Assembly (NCBI GenBank): GCA_963840855.1
Contig: CAWJBB010000041.1
Coordinates: 256,001 to 320,000 of the forward strand
Origin: an uncultured delta proteobacterium
GTDB lineage: Bacteria; Desulfobacterota; Binatia; UBA9968
Direction: 5' to 3'
DNA length: 64,000 bases
Of this stretch, positions 41,905-53,387 are shown one piece after another; the first letter of the stretch is position 1, and each line of letters begins with the position of its first letter. Made by a program: the position numbers and the translations under genes. Below the pieces are notes generated by a model, which was not told the origin of the DNA, made no database searches, and worked only from the letters and a program-made list of their open reading frames with translations.

Positions 41905-44900
41905 ATGACACAGATTCGCGATCTATTCGACTCTACCCGGGCGCTAACTCGACCCATCGAGAAGGTTATTACTTATCAGAATCGGGCAGAGGCGCAGCTG
42001 CGGGCCGAAATCTCCGAATACGTTGTCACCGAACATATCGATGAGAGCTTTTCCGATCTTTTGAAAAAGATGGATCTAGCTTTGCAGGGCGGCGGTGGAC
42101 ACGAGATCGGCGTCTGGGTCTCCGGCTTCTACGGCTCAGGTAAAAGTTCCTTCACGAAATATCTCGGCTTCGCTCTCGACCGCGGCATGAAAGTCGGCGG
42201 TGATTCATTCCTCCAGTTGCTTCAGAACCAGCTGAAGACGGCTTCCACTCGTGCTCTCTTCAACCGAGTGTCAACGACTTATGATGCCACGATCATTCTT
42301 CTCGATCTGGCGAGCGAGATGCTTGCTGGAGCTTCGATGGAAGACATCTCGACAGTTTTATACTTGAAGGTTTTGCAGTGGGCCGGGTACTCCGAAGATC
42401 TTAAGGTCGCCGAGCTAGAGCGAATGCTGGAAATGGATGAGCGGCTAGGTGCCTTTGAGGCGCGGGCCAAAGAAGAACTGGAAGGCATCGAATGGGCTGA
42501 GGTGCGCAATCAGCCTCTTGTGGCGAACCAGATCGCCTCTCGTCTAGCAAGCGAGTTCTATCCCAAGCTTTTCCCAAAGGCGGAGGATTTTCAGAATCTT
42601 ACACTCCACGTAAATAAAACCGAGTCGAAACGCACAGAAGAGATGATCGAGCTGGTGCGCCGCAAGTCGGGCAAGAAGAATATCTTTTTCATCGTCGACG
42701 AAGTGGGCCAGTATGTTTCAGCCAAGCCCAACCTCATCCTCAATCTCGATGGTCTTGCGAAGAATCTCAAACAGATCGGCAACGGTAGTGTGTGGTTGTT
42801 CGCCACCGCTCAACAAACTCTTACCGAAGACAATCCTTCGGCGCTACTCAATGCGGCAGGTCTATTCAAGCTCAAGGATCGCTTCCCCATCCAGCTCCAT
42901 CTGGAGGCCAGCGACATAAAAGAGATCTGCCACAAGCGACTTCTGACCAAGTCTGCTGCCGGCGAGCAGGAGTTGGGCCGCCTCTTCGACTCACAGGGAG
43001 CGCCGCTCCGCACGGCAACCCAGCTTAAAGACGGTGGAGTCTATGAGGCGGAACTGAATAAGAGAACCTTCATCGATCTTTACCCGTTTTTACCGGCTCA
43101 TTTTGAGATGTTGCTCCATCTCCTCGGTAGGCTCGCCCGCAAGACCGGCGGGCTCGGGCTTCGTTCGGCGATAAAAGTTCTTCAAGATGTGTTGGTTGAG
43201 CGCGGTGGTCGAAGCGGCGCAAACGCGACTCTGGCGGATGCTGAGGTCGGTACACTGGCGAACACCGTCACGTTTTATGATTCGTTACGGCGAGATATTC
43301 AAAGCAGCTATGGTTACATCATCGATGGCGTCCAAAGTGTCGCTAGCCGTTTTCCGAATCAACCGCTTTACCAGGATGTCGCCAAGTCTATCGCGGTCCT
43401 GCAGATTCTCGAAAATCTCCCAGTGACGGCACATAACATCGCCGCCCTCCTGCAACCGAAGGTTGCCGCAGTATCGCTGAAGGACGATGTCGAAAAAGCT
43501 ATCGACGCCATGCTGAAGGACGGCATGATACCTTTGGGAGAAAAGAACGGGAGTCTACGGTTTCTCACCCAGGCGGCAATCACCCTGCAAAAGCAATTCG
43601 ACAGTATCGACTATCGTCAAGCCGACGTACGAGCGGCTCTCAACGGAGTTCTTCGCACTGTTTTTAAACCTCTTCCTTCTGCTCGCTTGAGTGGCGTGCG
43701 TCCAGTTACAGCTGGGCTCAAGGTTGTTACCAGCGGTGGGCAATCGGTATCTCTTGAGGGAGAAAAGGAAGCAATTCAGATTCACGTCGAGTTCGTACCC
43801 TCCGGCAACTACGAATCTGCCCGCACAGAACGTGAAAACGATAGCCGCTCCAAGCATGAGCGAGCGAATATTTATCTACTTGGACGAACAGATCCGGAAG
43901 CGGAACAGCTCGGTATAACGATTGTTCGTTGCGGTAAATTTCTCGATCAATACCGCACTGCTTCTGATCCGGAAACTCAAGAGTTTGTGCGCATTGTGGA
44001 CGAACGGCTAAATGATCGCGTCACGCCAGAGCTAGAACGTAAACTTCAAGCGGCTTTACTGGCGGGTTCATTTGTAGCTCACGGCGCACATAAACCGGTG
44101 TCCGAGTGCGGCGTCGATGTGCTTGATGCCGCTAAAACATTTTTGACCGAAGCCGCCGCGCGAGTCTTCGACCGATATAACGAGGCACCGCACCAGGCCG
44201 ACTCCGGGTTGGCGGAAAAGTTCCTCAAGACTCCGCTTGATCGGGTCACAACTAACGAGGACCCGCTCGGGCTTGTGAGTCGAGCCGGCGGCCGCGCGCA
44301 GATCAAGGCCGATCATAAGGCATTTGTTTCAATCAAGGATTACCTTGGTCAGCAAGGAAGTGTCGAAGGACGGCGGTTGCTTGAATACTTTGCTGATCCA
44401 CCGTTCGGTTGGTCCAAGGATACTACTCGCTATCTGCTCGCTGCCGCATTTCTTGGCACGGATATTAAACTTCGCATTGCAGGTGCAGATCACGTCGTAA
44501 GGAACGACGAAACGCTAGCGGCCTTTGCATCTAATAGAGCTATAAGTTCGGTGGGTATAGGCCTACGGCAGGAGCGACCCGACCCCGAGGCGCTGGTCCG
44601 CGCCAGCGATCGCCTGCGTAACTTAAGCGGTGACAGTATTCTTCCCCTCGAAGATGAAATCGCCACGGCTGCGAAGAAGCACTTTCCTGAATATCAGGCT
44701 ATGTTCGGACCGCTAGCGATGGAACTGGGTTCCTTAGGGCTGGATGCCGCGGATCAGATAGAACGTGCTGAGAATCTCGTAAACGATTTGACCGAAGTCG
44801 TACGAGGCGACGGCTCCGACGCGGTAAAGCGTCTCGGAGGCATCGATAGTCCTCTCTATGACTCGCTCGTCTGGGCACGCAAGCTTAAGAAAGCACTGGA

Positions 44901-45549
44901 CAATGGCTTGCGCACGACGCTCAAGCATCTTCAGCGGGTTCGGCAGGAGATTGAGGACCTTCCCGACTCCGGTATACCGGGGAAACTCAAATCATCGGCC
45001 GCCGAAAACCTTGCTTCCGTGGCGGACACTCTTGGGCGACAGTCTTTTTTCGAGGAAGCTGCCTCTCTTGGAACCGTATCCAATGAACTCGACAAGCTTA
45101 TTGCAGCCGCAGCGGTCGATCTTGTTCGACAGCAGAAGATGGTGGCCGATGAGGAACTCACGCGCTGGCAATCTTCCACGGATTGGACTGACTTGGCTGA
45201 CGACGACCGCGCATGGTTTAGCAGCGAGGTCGCTAAGCTTTCGATCGAAGCTGATGGAACTTTCGATGGGCTAAAGAAAATCGTTCGAAATGATTTTTCA
45301 CTGAATAGCCGCTTGCGGGATTTGGCCGACAATGTGGTTAAGAAGGCAGCGGAGAACCGCGCCGCAAAGGCCAAAGTGACCGAGCCAAACGGCGGCCCGA
45401 AAGTGGAGATCTCCGAATCCGAACTCGTGGTACCCAAAGTCTTTAAATCCGCTAACCAGATAGACTTGTTAATTGGCGAGCTTACCAAACTGCGGGCACG
45501 AATCTCGTCGGCGGTATCTGTTCGGATCAAGTGGAAGGAAATCGACTGA
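41905..45549 (+). CDS. brxC: BREX P-loop ATPase BrxC
   Basis: PIEKVI, EYVVT, VWVSGFYGSGKSSF, IVDEVGQY, ATAQ, KLKDRF, YPFLP, PPFGW. Confidence 0.92.
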   Translation: MTQIRDLFDSTRALTRPIEKVITYQNRAEAQLRAEISEYVVTEHIDESFSDLLKKMDLALQGGGGHEIGVWVSGFYGSGKSSFTKYLGFALDRGMKVGGDSFLQLLQNQLKTASTRALFNRVSTTYDATIILLDLASEMLAGASMEDISTVLYLKVLQWAGYSEDLKVAELERMLEMDERLGAFEARAKEELEGIEWAEVRNQPLVANQIASRLASEFYPKLFPKAEDFQNLTLHVNKTESKRTEEMIELVRRKSGKKNIFFIVDEVGQYVSAKPNLILNLDGLAKNLKQIGNGSVWLFATAQQTLTEDNPSALLNAAGLFKLKDRFPIQLHLEASDIKEICHKRLLTKSAAGEQELGRLFDSQGAPLRTATQLKDGGVYEAELNKRTFIDLYPFLPAHFEMLLHLLGRLARKTGGLGLRSAIKVLQDVLVERGGRSGANATLADAEVGTLANTVTFYDSLRRDIQSSYGYIIDGVQSVASRFPNQPLYQDVAKSIAVLQILENLPVTAHNIAALLQPKVAAVSLKDDVEKAIDAMLKDGMIPLGEKNGSLRFLTQAAITLQKQFDSIDYRQADVRAALNGVLRTVFKPLPSARLSGVRPVTAGLKVVTSGGQSVSLEGEKEAIQIHVEFVPSGNYESARTERENDSRSKHERANIYLLGRTDPEAEQLGITIVRCGKFLDQYRTASDPETQEFVRIVDERLNDRVTPELERKLQAALLAGSFVAHGAHKPVSECGVDVLDAAKTFLTEAAARVFDRYNEAPHQADSGLAEKFLKTPLDRVTTNEDPLGLVSRAGGRAQIKADHKAFVSIKDYLGQQGSVEGRRLLEYFADPPFGWSKDTTRYLLAAAFLGTDIKLRIAGADHVVRNDETLAAFASNRAISSVGIGLRQERPDPEALVRASDRLRNLSGDSILPLEDEIATAAKKHFPEYQAMFGPLAMELGSLGLDAADQIERAENLVNDLTEVVRGDGSDAVKRLGGIDSPLYDSLVWARKLKKALDNGLRTTLKHLQRVRQEIEDLPDSGIPGKLKSSAAENLASVADTLGRQSFFEEAASLGTVSNELDKLIAAAAVDLVRQQKMVADEELTRWQSSTDWTDLADDDRAWFSSEVAKLSIEADGTFDGLKKIVRNDFSLNSRLRDLADNVVKKAAENRAAKAKVTEPNGGPKVEISESELVVPKVFKSANQIDLLIGELTKLRARISSAVSVRIKWKEID

Positions 45550-48356
45550 AGCATGGCCTTCGATAAACCCACACGCAACCGGCTGGCTTCGTTCGTCAGC
45601 GAGGCGCGTAATCTCATTGCCGATGAGTTTACGCAGCAGTTCCAGAGCATCTATGGAATCTCCGAAAAAGGCGAGGTCACGGCGCTTGAACACCTCGGCC
45701 ACCTGGATGATGCCGGGCTGAGCACAGCTACGCTGCTGCGGGAGCGTATCGAATATCTCGTAAGAACTCATCCCGGCGAAAAAGACGGTGCGAAAGCCGC
45801 CGTGGATCGCCTCGCCCGCGAGCAGGCGTTCACCGTTCTGAACCGTCTCGCCGCCCTTCGGATGGCAGAGAAACGCGATCTCATCGTGGAGTCGGTCGGC
45901 AAGGGTTATCAGTCGAAAGGGTTTCAAGGTTTTCGAGCAGGTGGTTGGCTCCGGGCTTGGCGAAACCTATCAGCGTTACCGCCGTTACCTCTTTTGTCTT
46001 TTCGATGAGCTGGCCGTGGATCTCGGTTTGCTATTCGATCGCAGCTCACCGCAAGGTTTACTCTTCCCCCGCGAGCCGGCGTTGCAGGAGTTGCTGACGT
46101 TACTCAATGCTCCCGATCTGGATACGCTCTGGGCCGAAGACGAAACTATCGGCTGGATTTACCAATATTACAACGACCCGGCAGAACGAAAAAAGATGCG
46201 GGAAGCCGGCGCCCCGCGCAACAGCCGCGAACTGGCCGTCCGCAACCAGTTCTTCACACCGCGCTACGTCGTCGAATTCCTTACCGACAACACGGTGGGC
46301 CGCATCTGGTATGAAATGACGCAAGGCGAAACCAAGCTGAAGGAACAGTGCCGTTACCTTGTCCGGCGTCCTATCGAGATTTTTCTGACCAACAAGTACC
46401 TCGGACTTCAGGAGCCCGCCACCGTTGACAAGTCGCTTACCCAAGCACTTGCGGGTAACTGGAACGACTTGCCGGTTAAACCGACGGCCGAGGAGTTGGC
46501 AATCATCGCAACCGCCATCGATCCGCGCTGCGCATCACGAATCTGGGGCGACCGCAAGGGCGACGGCTTCCTTAGGTCCATCGAAGAACGTCGCCTTCCG
46601 AATGGCGGGCGGTATCAAGGAGAAACCCACGAACTGTGGGCGGGACTTTTTGCTGTGTGGGCGTTATGGGCGCCCCAAATGCATGTCGATGCATGGGCGA
46701 TCTACGAGGCACTACGTGAGCGGCTTGTGTCAACACCTGCGGATATCCCCCAGGAAGCCCTGCTCAAGCGGCCCGTCTTTATCCCTCACCGTCAGATTAA
46801 GGACCCGCGGGCAATTCGGATGCTCGACCCGGCTTGCGGCTCGATGCACTTCGGGCTCTATGCCTTCGATCTCTATGAAGTGATTTACGAGGAAGCGTGG
46901 GATCTGGGAGTCGAATCGCTCCGTCGTGATTTTTCGGACAAGGAAATTTTGCTCTGCGAGCTTCCACGTCTGATCATTGAACACAACATCCATGGGATCG
47001 ACATAGACCCACGTTGCGCCCAGATTGCCGGGCTTTCGCTGTGGCTCCGTGCACAAAAGAGCTGGCAGTCGCAAAAGGTCGACTCCCGTTCAGCGCCCGC
47101 GCATTCTTCGATCGAACATCGTGTGCGCCGAGTCTATGCCGGGTGACAAGGCCATGCTCCATGAGTTCGTGCAGAATCAATTCAGTGCGAGTGAGCAACC
47201 AGTTTTTGCGCGTCTTCTCGAAACAATCTTTGACAAGATGCAACTCGCCGGTGAAACCGGATCGCTGCTCAAGATTGAAGAAGAGATCCGATCCGCCGTA
47301 GAAGAGGCTCGCAAACTTTGGGAAAGTGTCCAAACGAAGCCTCGTGAGTTGTTTAATACCGAGGAGATCAATCGAACGCTTCGCCCGGGCGTGCCGCAAA
47401 AACTTTCCGGTCTAGAACGAGCGGTATCTAAAGTGGCTAAAGAGTTTTGGGACACGGCTGAGGATCGGATTTACGCCGCGCTGCACGACTACGCCGAGCA
47501 GGCCGAAAACGGCGGTGGCTTTCAGCGCCGGCTCTTTGCCGAAGACGCGGCCCGGGGCTTTGCTTTCATTGACCTCTGCCGCAAACACTACGACGTGGCG
47601 CTGATGAATCCGCCGTTTGGGACTAGTGCGGTTACTTCAAAGGACTACATCGACTCCTCTTACGAGAACTGGCGCTATGACTTGTATCCGTGCTTCATTT
47701 CCCGGACCACCGAATTGTTAATCAAAGCAGGAAGGGTTGGCTACCTAGCGCCGCGAACTGGATATTTCTCACAACGGATGTGGCGGTGGCGGAAAGAAGT
47801 CTTGCTCTCAAAGGGCGGTCTGCTCTTGCTAGCGGACTTGGGGCATGGTGTTCTGGATGATGCGCTTGTGGAAGTCGCGTCAGGTGTGATCGAGTCTCAG
47901 AGCGCCTCAAACGAACTCCTTTGTGTCGATTGCTTAGGCCTGCCTGCTGATGAGAAAGGTGTTAGGCTTTTGGATTCAATAAAGCAGTCGGCGGACGGTC
48001 GAGGTATTCTCAAATCACAAATAAGCCTGAGTCAGCACAAAGACTTCTTGTCATTGCCAGGAACAAAACTCCTACTTGGATCTCCCCGCACGCTCCTCAA
48101 TCAATTTTCTTTAGGCGTGCCGCTCGATCCTGGAATAGCAGACGTACGGGAAGGGCCGCACACTGCAGACAACGAAAGGTTTGTGAGACTTTGGTGGGAA
48201 ATTCCAATACTCGAAGACGCTAGAACCAGCTTGACCGATTTCACGGAACGTACCCACCCAATTTCAACGAAGGGACCCACCTGATTTCAAGGAAGGGACC
48301 CACCCAATTTCAGGTGGTCCCCTTCGTTTCTGAGCGAGCCGACGAACGATGCTACC

Positions 48357-49901
48357 TTGGCCAACTGGAGGAGGATCCAGTTAATGGCCAAAGAAAGGAC
48401 CAGCGTTCGTATGCGAGCTCAAATCAAAACCCTGTCCGAACAGGGGCACTCCGTTCGCCGTATTGCCCGGATACTTCGGCTTTCGCGCAGGACGGTGCGG
48501 AAGTTTTTGGAGCCCACCGCAGAGCCGCCCAGTGAGAGCGGTGGTTGGGTTGAGACGGTTGACTGGGAGTATGTCCGCCAGGAAGTCTATGGCAAAGGGA
48601 CCACGGTCAAGCAGATCCAGCGGGAGGTGGCCCCCGAGACAGGGTATGTAAAGTTTTGGCGTCAGTTTCGGGAAAAGGTTAGTGTGCAAGCCTCACCCGA
48701 TCAAGTGACTATCCGGCTTCATCACAAGCCTGCGGAAAAAACCCAGATCGATTTTTCAGACGGTCTGTTTATCACCGAGCGAGGGACGGGAAACAAGACA
48801 CTGACCCAGTTTTTCTTAGGGGTTCTGCCCTTCAGCTCGTATACCTTCGGGGAATTCGTTCTAGATCAGAAGCTTTCCACCTTCATCGGGGTCCAGCAGC
48901 GCATGTTCGCCTACTTTGGTGGGATAACCCCCTACGTAGTGGTGGACAATCTCAAGAGCGGTGTCCACAAGGCCGATCTGTACGACCCCGATGTAAATCC
49001 CACCTACTGTGATTTTGCCAATCACATGGGCTTTGCGGTACTGCCGGCCAGACCCTACAAGGCCCGGGACAAGGGCTCTGGGGAATGCCACATCGGAGTG
49101 ATCCAAAGAGGGTTTTTCCAGGAGGTCCGTAACCGGGTCTTCTATTCTCTCCAAGATCTCAATGAAACCCTCAGGGAATATCTTCATCGGTTGAACCGCG
49201 AGGTGATGAAAGACTACGGGGTGAGCCGCAACCAGCGCTTCGAGCAAGAGAAAAAGCAATTAAAGGCCCTGCCACCCTCTCCCTTCGAGTTAAGCGAGTG
49301 GCGCCAGGCTAAAGTCCATCCCGACTGCCATATCCAAGTGGAGAAAAACTTCTACTCGGTCCCCTTTGTCTACGTCAGCCAAAGGGTCCGGGTCAGGCTC
49401 ACCGAGAAAATTGTGGAAGTGTTTAGTGAGGACAGCCAGCCCCTTACCGCTCACACCAGACTGATGGGGATCGGACAGTTCTCCACCTATGATTTCCATT
49501 ATCCCGAAGCCAAGCTGAGCGTGGCGCGCTTTGAAGTCCGTCACGCTCAAGAACAGGCCAAAAAGCTTGGCCCCCATGTCGAGAAGTTACTCGATGATCT
49601 GCTCTCAGGCCAACATCCATTGCGCCATCTAAGACGGGTCCAAGGAATCTTGCGGCTTGCCAAACGCTATCCCATCACGGCTGAAGCTTTGGACCATGCA
49701 TGCCAGCGGGCGATTGTCTTCAACAAGACACGGCTCGCCTACATCAAAGACTGCGCCCTTTACTTTGTTAGCCACGGCCAAAGACCCACGCTTCTTCCCC
49801 CGCAGAGAAAGCTGGATACCGTGCATCTACACCAATACGCTGCCAACTCGGGCTCAGATTCTGAACTGTCGCTGCCGTCGGTGGAGGAGGAACTGCTATG
49901 A
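48357..49901 (+). CDS. istA: IS21 DDE transposase (true start may be slightly downstream)
   Basis: N-terminal HTH, QIDF, VDNLKSGV, PARPYKARDKG, FYSVP. Confidence 0.93.
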   Translation: MANWRRIQLMAKERTSVRMRAQIKTLSEQGHSVRRIARILRLSRRTVRKFLEPTAEPPSESGGWVETVDWEYVRQEVYGKGTTVKQIQREVAPETGYVKFWRQFREKVSVQASPDQVTIRLHHKPAEKTQIDFSDGLFITERGTGNKTLTQFFLGVLPFSSYTFGEFVLDQKLSTFIGVQQRMFAYFGGITPYVVVDNLKSGVHKADLYDPDVNPTYCDFANHMGFAVLPARPYKARDKGSGECHIGVIQRGFFQEVRNRVFYSLQDLNETLREYLHRLNREVMKDYGVSRNQRFEQEKKQLKALPPSPFELSEWRQAKVHPDCHIQVEKNFYSVPFVYVSQRVRVRLTEKIVEVFSEDSQPLTAHTRLMGIGQFSTYDFHYPEAKLSVARFEVRHAQEQAKKLGPHVEKLLDDLLSGQHPLRHLRRVQGILRLAKRYPITAEALDHACQRAIVFNKTRLAYIKDCALYFVSHGQRPTLLPPQRKLDTVHLHQYAANSGSDSELSLPSVEEELL

Positions 49902-50060
49902 GCACGAGCTTAAAATCCAGCCCCAACCTGATTTTTTACCTCCCAGAGCAGGGAGCAGAGAAAAACGACCTCCACAGAGGCCCTATAAACGACGATCTCG
50001 CTTTGACCCATACCTTGGGTACCCCCCAAAACAGCCGTTTCACCAGGAGGTCTCCCCGCC

Positions 50061-50816
50061 ATGATGCTTGATCAAGTCAGAAACCTTTCCCACCAGATGC
50101 GCCTGTTTGGCATCCATGAAGCCTGCGAACGGCAAGCCCAGATCGCTTTGTCCCAGCAGCTCCATCCCCTGGAGTTTTTACGCTTGCTGCTCGAAGATGA
50201 ACTGTTGTCGCGCAAAGACCGAACCGCCAAGGCGCTGGTGACCAAGGCCCGCTTTCGGTTCCGCGCCGATCTGGAAGACTTAGATTTAGCGTTCCACAAG
50301 GATCTGACCAAAGCCAAGATCAAAGAACTCTGCGAGCTCGGCTTCCTCCATAACCTGGAGAATCTTTTGATTTTAGGTAAAACCGGTTTGGGAAAGACTC
50401 ATCTAGCGATAGCCTTGGGAAAACGGCTGTGCCAGGAAGGTCATCCCACGCAATTCTTGCCAGTCAACTTCCTGTTCGAGGAAATCCAAGCTGCCAGGGC
50501 CGCCGGCCGTTACCTCAACTACATCCGTAGTCTCATCAAGGCCAAGGTTTTGATCCTCGATGACCTGGGGTTAAGAAACTATACCCACGAGGAAGCCACT
50601 TCCCTGATGGACATCCTCGAAGAGCGCTACCGCAAGGCTCCCCTCATCGTTACTTCCCAGGTTGAGCCTCAGGGATGGCTCAAACTGTTTGAAGATCCGG
50701 TGATCGCCGAGGCCATCGTGGATCGGCTGATTCATCCATCTCAGAAAATCACCTTGAAAGGAGAGAAGTCCTATAGAGAAAAACTCACAGAGAAAAAATC
50801 AGGATTGAAAAACTAG
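50061..50816 (+). CDS. istB: IS21 helper ATPase
   Basis: GKTGLGKTHLA, LILDDLG, IVTSQ, AEAIVDRLIH. Confidence 0.93.
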   Translation: MMLDQVRNLSHQMRLFGIHEACERQAQIALSQQLHPLEFLRLLLEDELLSRKDRTAKALVTKARFRFRADLEDLDLAFHKDLTKAKIKELCELGFLHNLENLLILGKTGLGKTHLAIALGKRLCQEGHPTQFLPVNFLFEEIQAARAAGRYLNYIRSLIKAKVLILDDLGLRNYTHEEATSLMDILEERYRKAPLIVTSQVEPQGWLKLFEDPVIAEAIVDRLIHPSQKITLKGEKSYREKLTEKKSGLKN

Positions 50817-52804
50817 GGAGGCTTATTGTAGACAGTCAAGATAACTTCGTCGCTTCGCTCCGCTGAATTGGGTGGTCCCCTTCGTTGAAATCGGGTGGGT
50901 CCCTTCAGTGAAATCGAACACCAGCTGGCCTTTCTACGCCAAGGGCGGCGATTACGCTCCGTATTCGGCGAATCCTCATTTGGTGCTTGACTGGCGAAAT
51001 GCCGGAGAAGACATGGCCCTTGGTAAGCATAGTGTGTTACCTAGTCAGGATTTCTATTTCCGATCAGGTCTCACGTACACAGAGCGCACAGCGAGTGTTT
51101 TCAACATCAGGGTGCTTCCCGCAGGATGCATCTTTTCTCAGGCCGGACCGCTTGTGTGGCCGAAGCGGCCTGAAGACGCATTGCCCCTCTTGGGCTATTT
51201 GATGTCACTTCCAGCTCGGTCACTGCTTGAGTTGCTCGTGGGCAGCGGGGACGGGGCGGTGTCCGGCAGTGCAGCGAGACATTTCTTGGCCGGAACCGTT
51301 AGCTCTATTCCTGTTCCGAGCTTCCCGGTTAGTGTGTGGCGACGCATTGGTGAACTCACCAGGCATTGCGTCGAGGAATCACATTTTCTCCATAGCCAGA
51401 TGGAGACCGATATTCACTTTGTCAGTTCGGCGCAATTCAGCGCCTTGCTGGAAGGGGTAGAGGCTTCCAAAAAAGCTTATCTCAATCGAGTGAAGAACAT
51501 TTTAGAAGCGTCTTGGAATATTCAACAACTCGTTTGCGCCCAAATGGGCATCACGGACGACGACTTAGCGCGCTGTAATTGTCTAGTTTCTCTGCATCCC
51601 TGCTCTTTTGCACATGGCGACGTTCCAGCTGCTGAACTCGTGCCGTTTGAATCCCTTTCGGAAGACGAAGTTGTAGACAAAGCTGCAGGAGTGGTTGAGG
51701 GCAGGGCTGCGACAAAGCAAGCTTTTCAAGCAGATCGTCGATTGGAGCTTGCTTGCCTGATTTATAAGTCGCATCCGGATAGTATTATCAGGAGTTGGCC
51801 GCCCGCTGCGCGCCAAAGAGTCTCGGAAGTGGCGAGCGACGTTGTTTCACTTGCGCTTGGTTGTGCTTTTGGCCGCTGGGACATCCGGTATGCGACTGGC
51901 GGGAAGCCTACGCCGGAGTTGCCCGACCCGTTTGCGTCGTTGCCTGTCTGTCCGCCCGGCATGTTGCAGAATGCGCAGGGTTTGCCCTCCCGCCCCGAGG
52001 ATGTGCCTGCCGCGTATCCCCTCCGCATACCGTGGCACGGCATTTTAGTGGATGACCTGAATTACCCGCTGGACATCGAGCGTCGTGTCCGCGACGCCAT
52101 TGAAATCATCTGGAAGGATCGGGCCGAGGGAATCGAACACGAAGCGTGCGAGATCCTCGGCGTGAAGTCGTTGCGCGACTACTTCCGAAAGCCAGCCTGT
52201 TTCTTCGCCGACCACCTGAAGCGCTATTCCAAGAGCCGGCGCCAAGCGCCCATCTATTGGCCGCTTTCCACCGCCTCCGGCAGCTACACAATGTGGATCT
52301 ATTACCAGCGACTTACCGAAAACAGCTTGCACACAGCATTGGCCGATTTCATCGACCCCAAACTTAAATCCTTGCGCGAAGAAATTTCGTTTCTGCGAAA
52401 TAGCGGTAATCAAGAAATGCGCCTGGAGGAACTCGCGGATTTGCAACAAGAGCTGCAAGAGTTCCGCGTCGAGATTGAGCGCATCATCAAACTTCCCTGG
52501 AAGCCGTATCTCAATGACGGAGTGCTTATCACCGCGAGTCCATTATGGAAACTCTTCCGCTTGCCGAAGTGGCAGAAAGACCTCAAAGCTTGTTGGGAAG
52601 AACTTTCGAAAGGGGAATACGATTGGGCGCATCTCGCCTACACGATTTGGCCGGCGCGAGTCGAGGAAGTTTGCAAAACCGATCGGTCGGTCGCCATAGC
52701 CCATGGTCTGGAACATCTCTGTAAAATCGAAGCGTCAAAGGCAAAAACGAAACGAGGCACGAAGAAAGGTGCCGATCAAGAGTCCTTTGGGGCTGAGGGG
52801 GAAT

Positions 52805-53377
52805 ATGCCAAGTAGTCAGGTACGCAGTACGCTTCAGCTCTACCATCTGGAGCCGTATCTTTTCGAAACGGTCGGTCCGCACTTTCGCAGAGTGGGCCAC
52901 CTTTCCGCCTTTGACTTTTTTTGTATCGTAATCTGGAAAGCGAACCGGGCGAAATCAAGGATTGCCAAGCGGTTGCTGGATAAGGATCAGAAAAAGCGCA
53001 AAACGCTTGAACCAATCGTTGCTGACCTCACAATGTCACTACATTCCGCCGGTGGCGCCAAAGATCGCCTTCGAATTCTTTTCGAGTTATGGGGTTTCAG
53101 GCTCCCGATGGCTAGTGCAATTCTCACTGTACTCTATCCTAAAGAGTTCAGTGTTTACGATTTTCGGGTTTACTCCCAGCTTACTCTTCATGAGAAATTG
53201 GAGTCTAAAATAAACTTCGAGAAGGTCTGGAACGGCTATAGAGATTTTGTGGAAGCTGTTCGCAAAGCTGTGCCGAATGGCATGTCGCTCCGAGATAAGG
53301 ATCGATTTCTTTGGGGGCGATCTTTCCATGATGATCTGAAGTCTGATATCGCAAATTGTTTCGCCAAAATAGAATAG
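52805..53377 (+). CDS. Hypothetical protein with HhH-GPD/OGG-like glycosylase features
   Basis: IVIWK, LWGFRLPMASAIL (HhH-like), YP..FSVYDFRV, LRDKDRFLW; overlaps the pglX stop and ends 10 bp before pglZ. Confidence 0.6.
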   Translation: MPSSQVRSTLQLYHLEPYLFETVGPHFRRVGHLSAFDFFCIVIWKANRAKSRIAKRLLDKDQKKRKTLEPIVADLTMSLHSAGGAKDRLRILFELWGFRLPMASAILTVLYPKEFSVYDFRVYSQLTLHEKLESKINFEKVWNGYRDFVEAVRKAVPNGMSLRDKDRFLWGRSFHDDLKSDIANCFAKIE

Positions 53378-53387
53378 ACGAATCATT

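Larger units (their letters stand above)
48232..50920 (+). mobile_element. IS21-family insertion sequence (2689 bp)
   Basis: TG...CA ends with repeated GAAGGGACCCACC motifs in inverted orientation; 6-bp target duplication CCAGCT at 48226-48231 and 50921-50926. Confidence 0.93.
45553..52815 (+). pseudogene. pglX: BREX adenine methyltransferase PglX, interrupted by IS21 and with two upstream frameshifts
   Basis: AFTVLNRL, IGWIYQYY, QFFTPRYVVEFL, LDPACGSMHF, GIDID, NPPF; C-terminal KRYSKSRRQAPIYW, LNDGV, YDWAHLA; IS removal rejoins ...DARTS|WPFYAKGG in frame. Confidence 0.9.

Noticed and set aside
1414-47100. Frequent frameshifts (PhoX-like, AmpG-like, GH84, pilin, crotonase, CoA-transferase, brxE, brxA, pglX) as programmed frameshifting or mass pseudogenisation
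   Set aside because: Scattered single-base indels in unrelated genes with otherwise intact motifs and no common slippery site fit uncorrected long-read errors better; read-level polishing is needed to decide.
48232-48314. Tandem ~20-bp GAAGGGACCCACC repeats as iterons or a mini-array
   Set aside because: They are the multiple terminal repeats expected at IS21 ends and are mirrored at 50865-50920.
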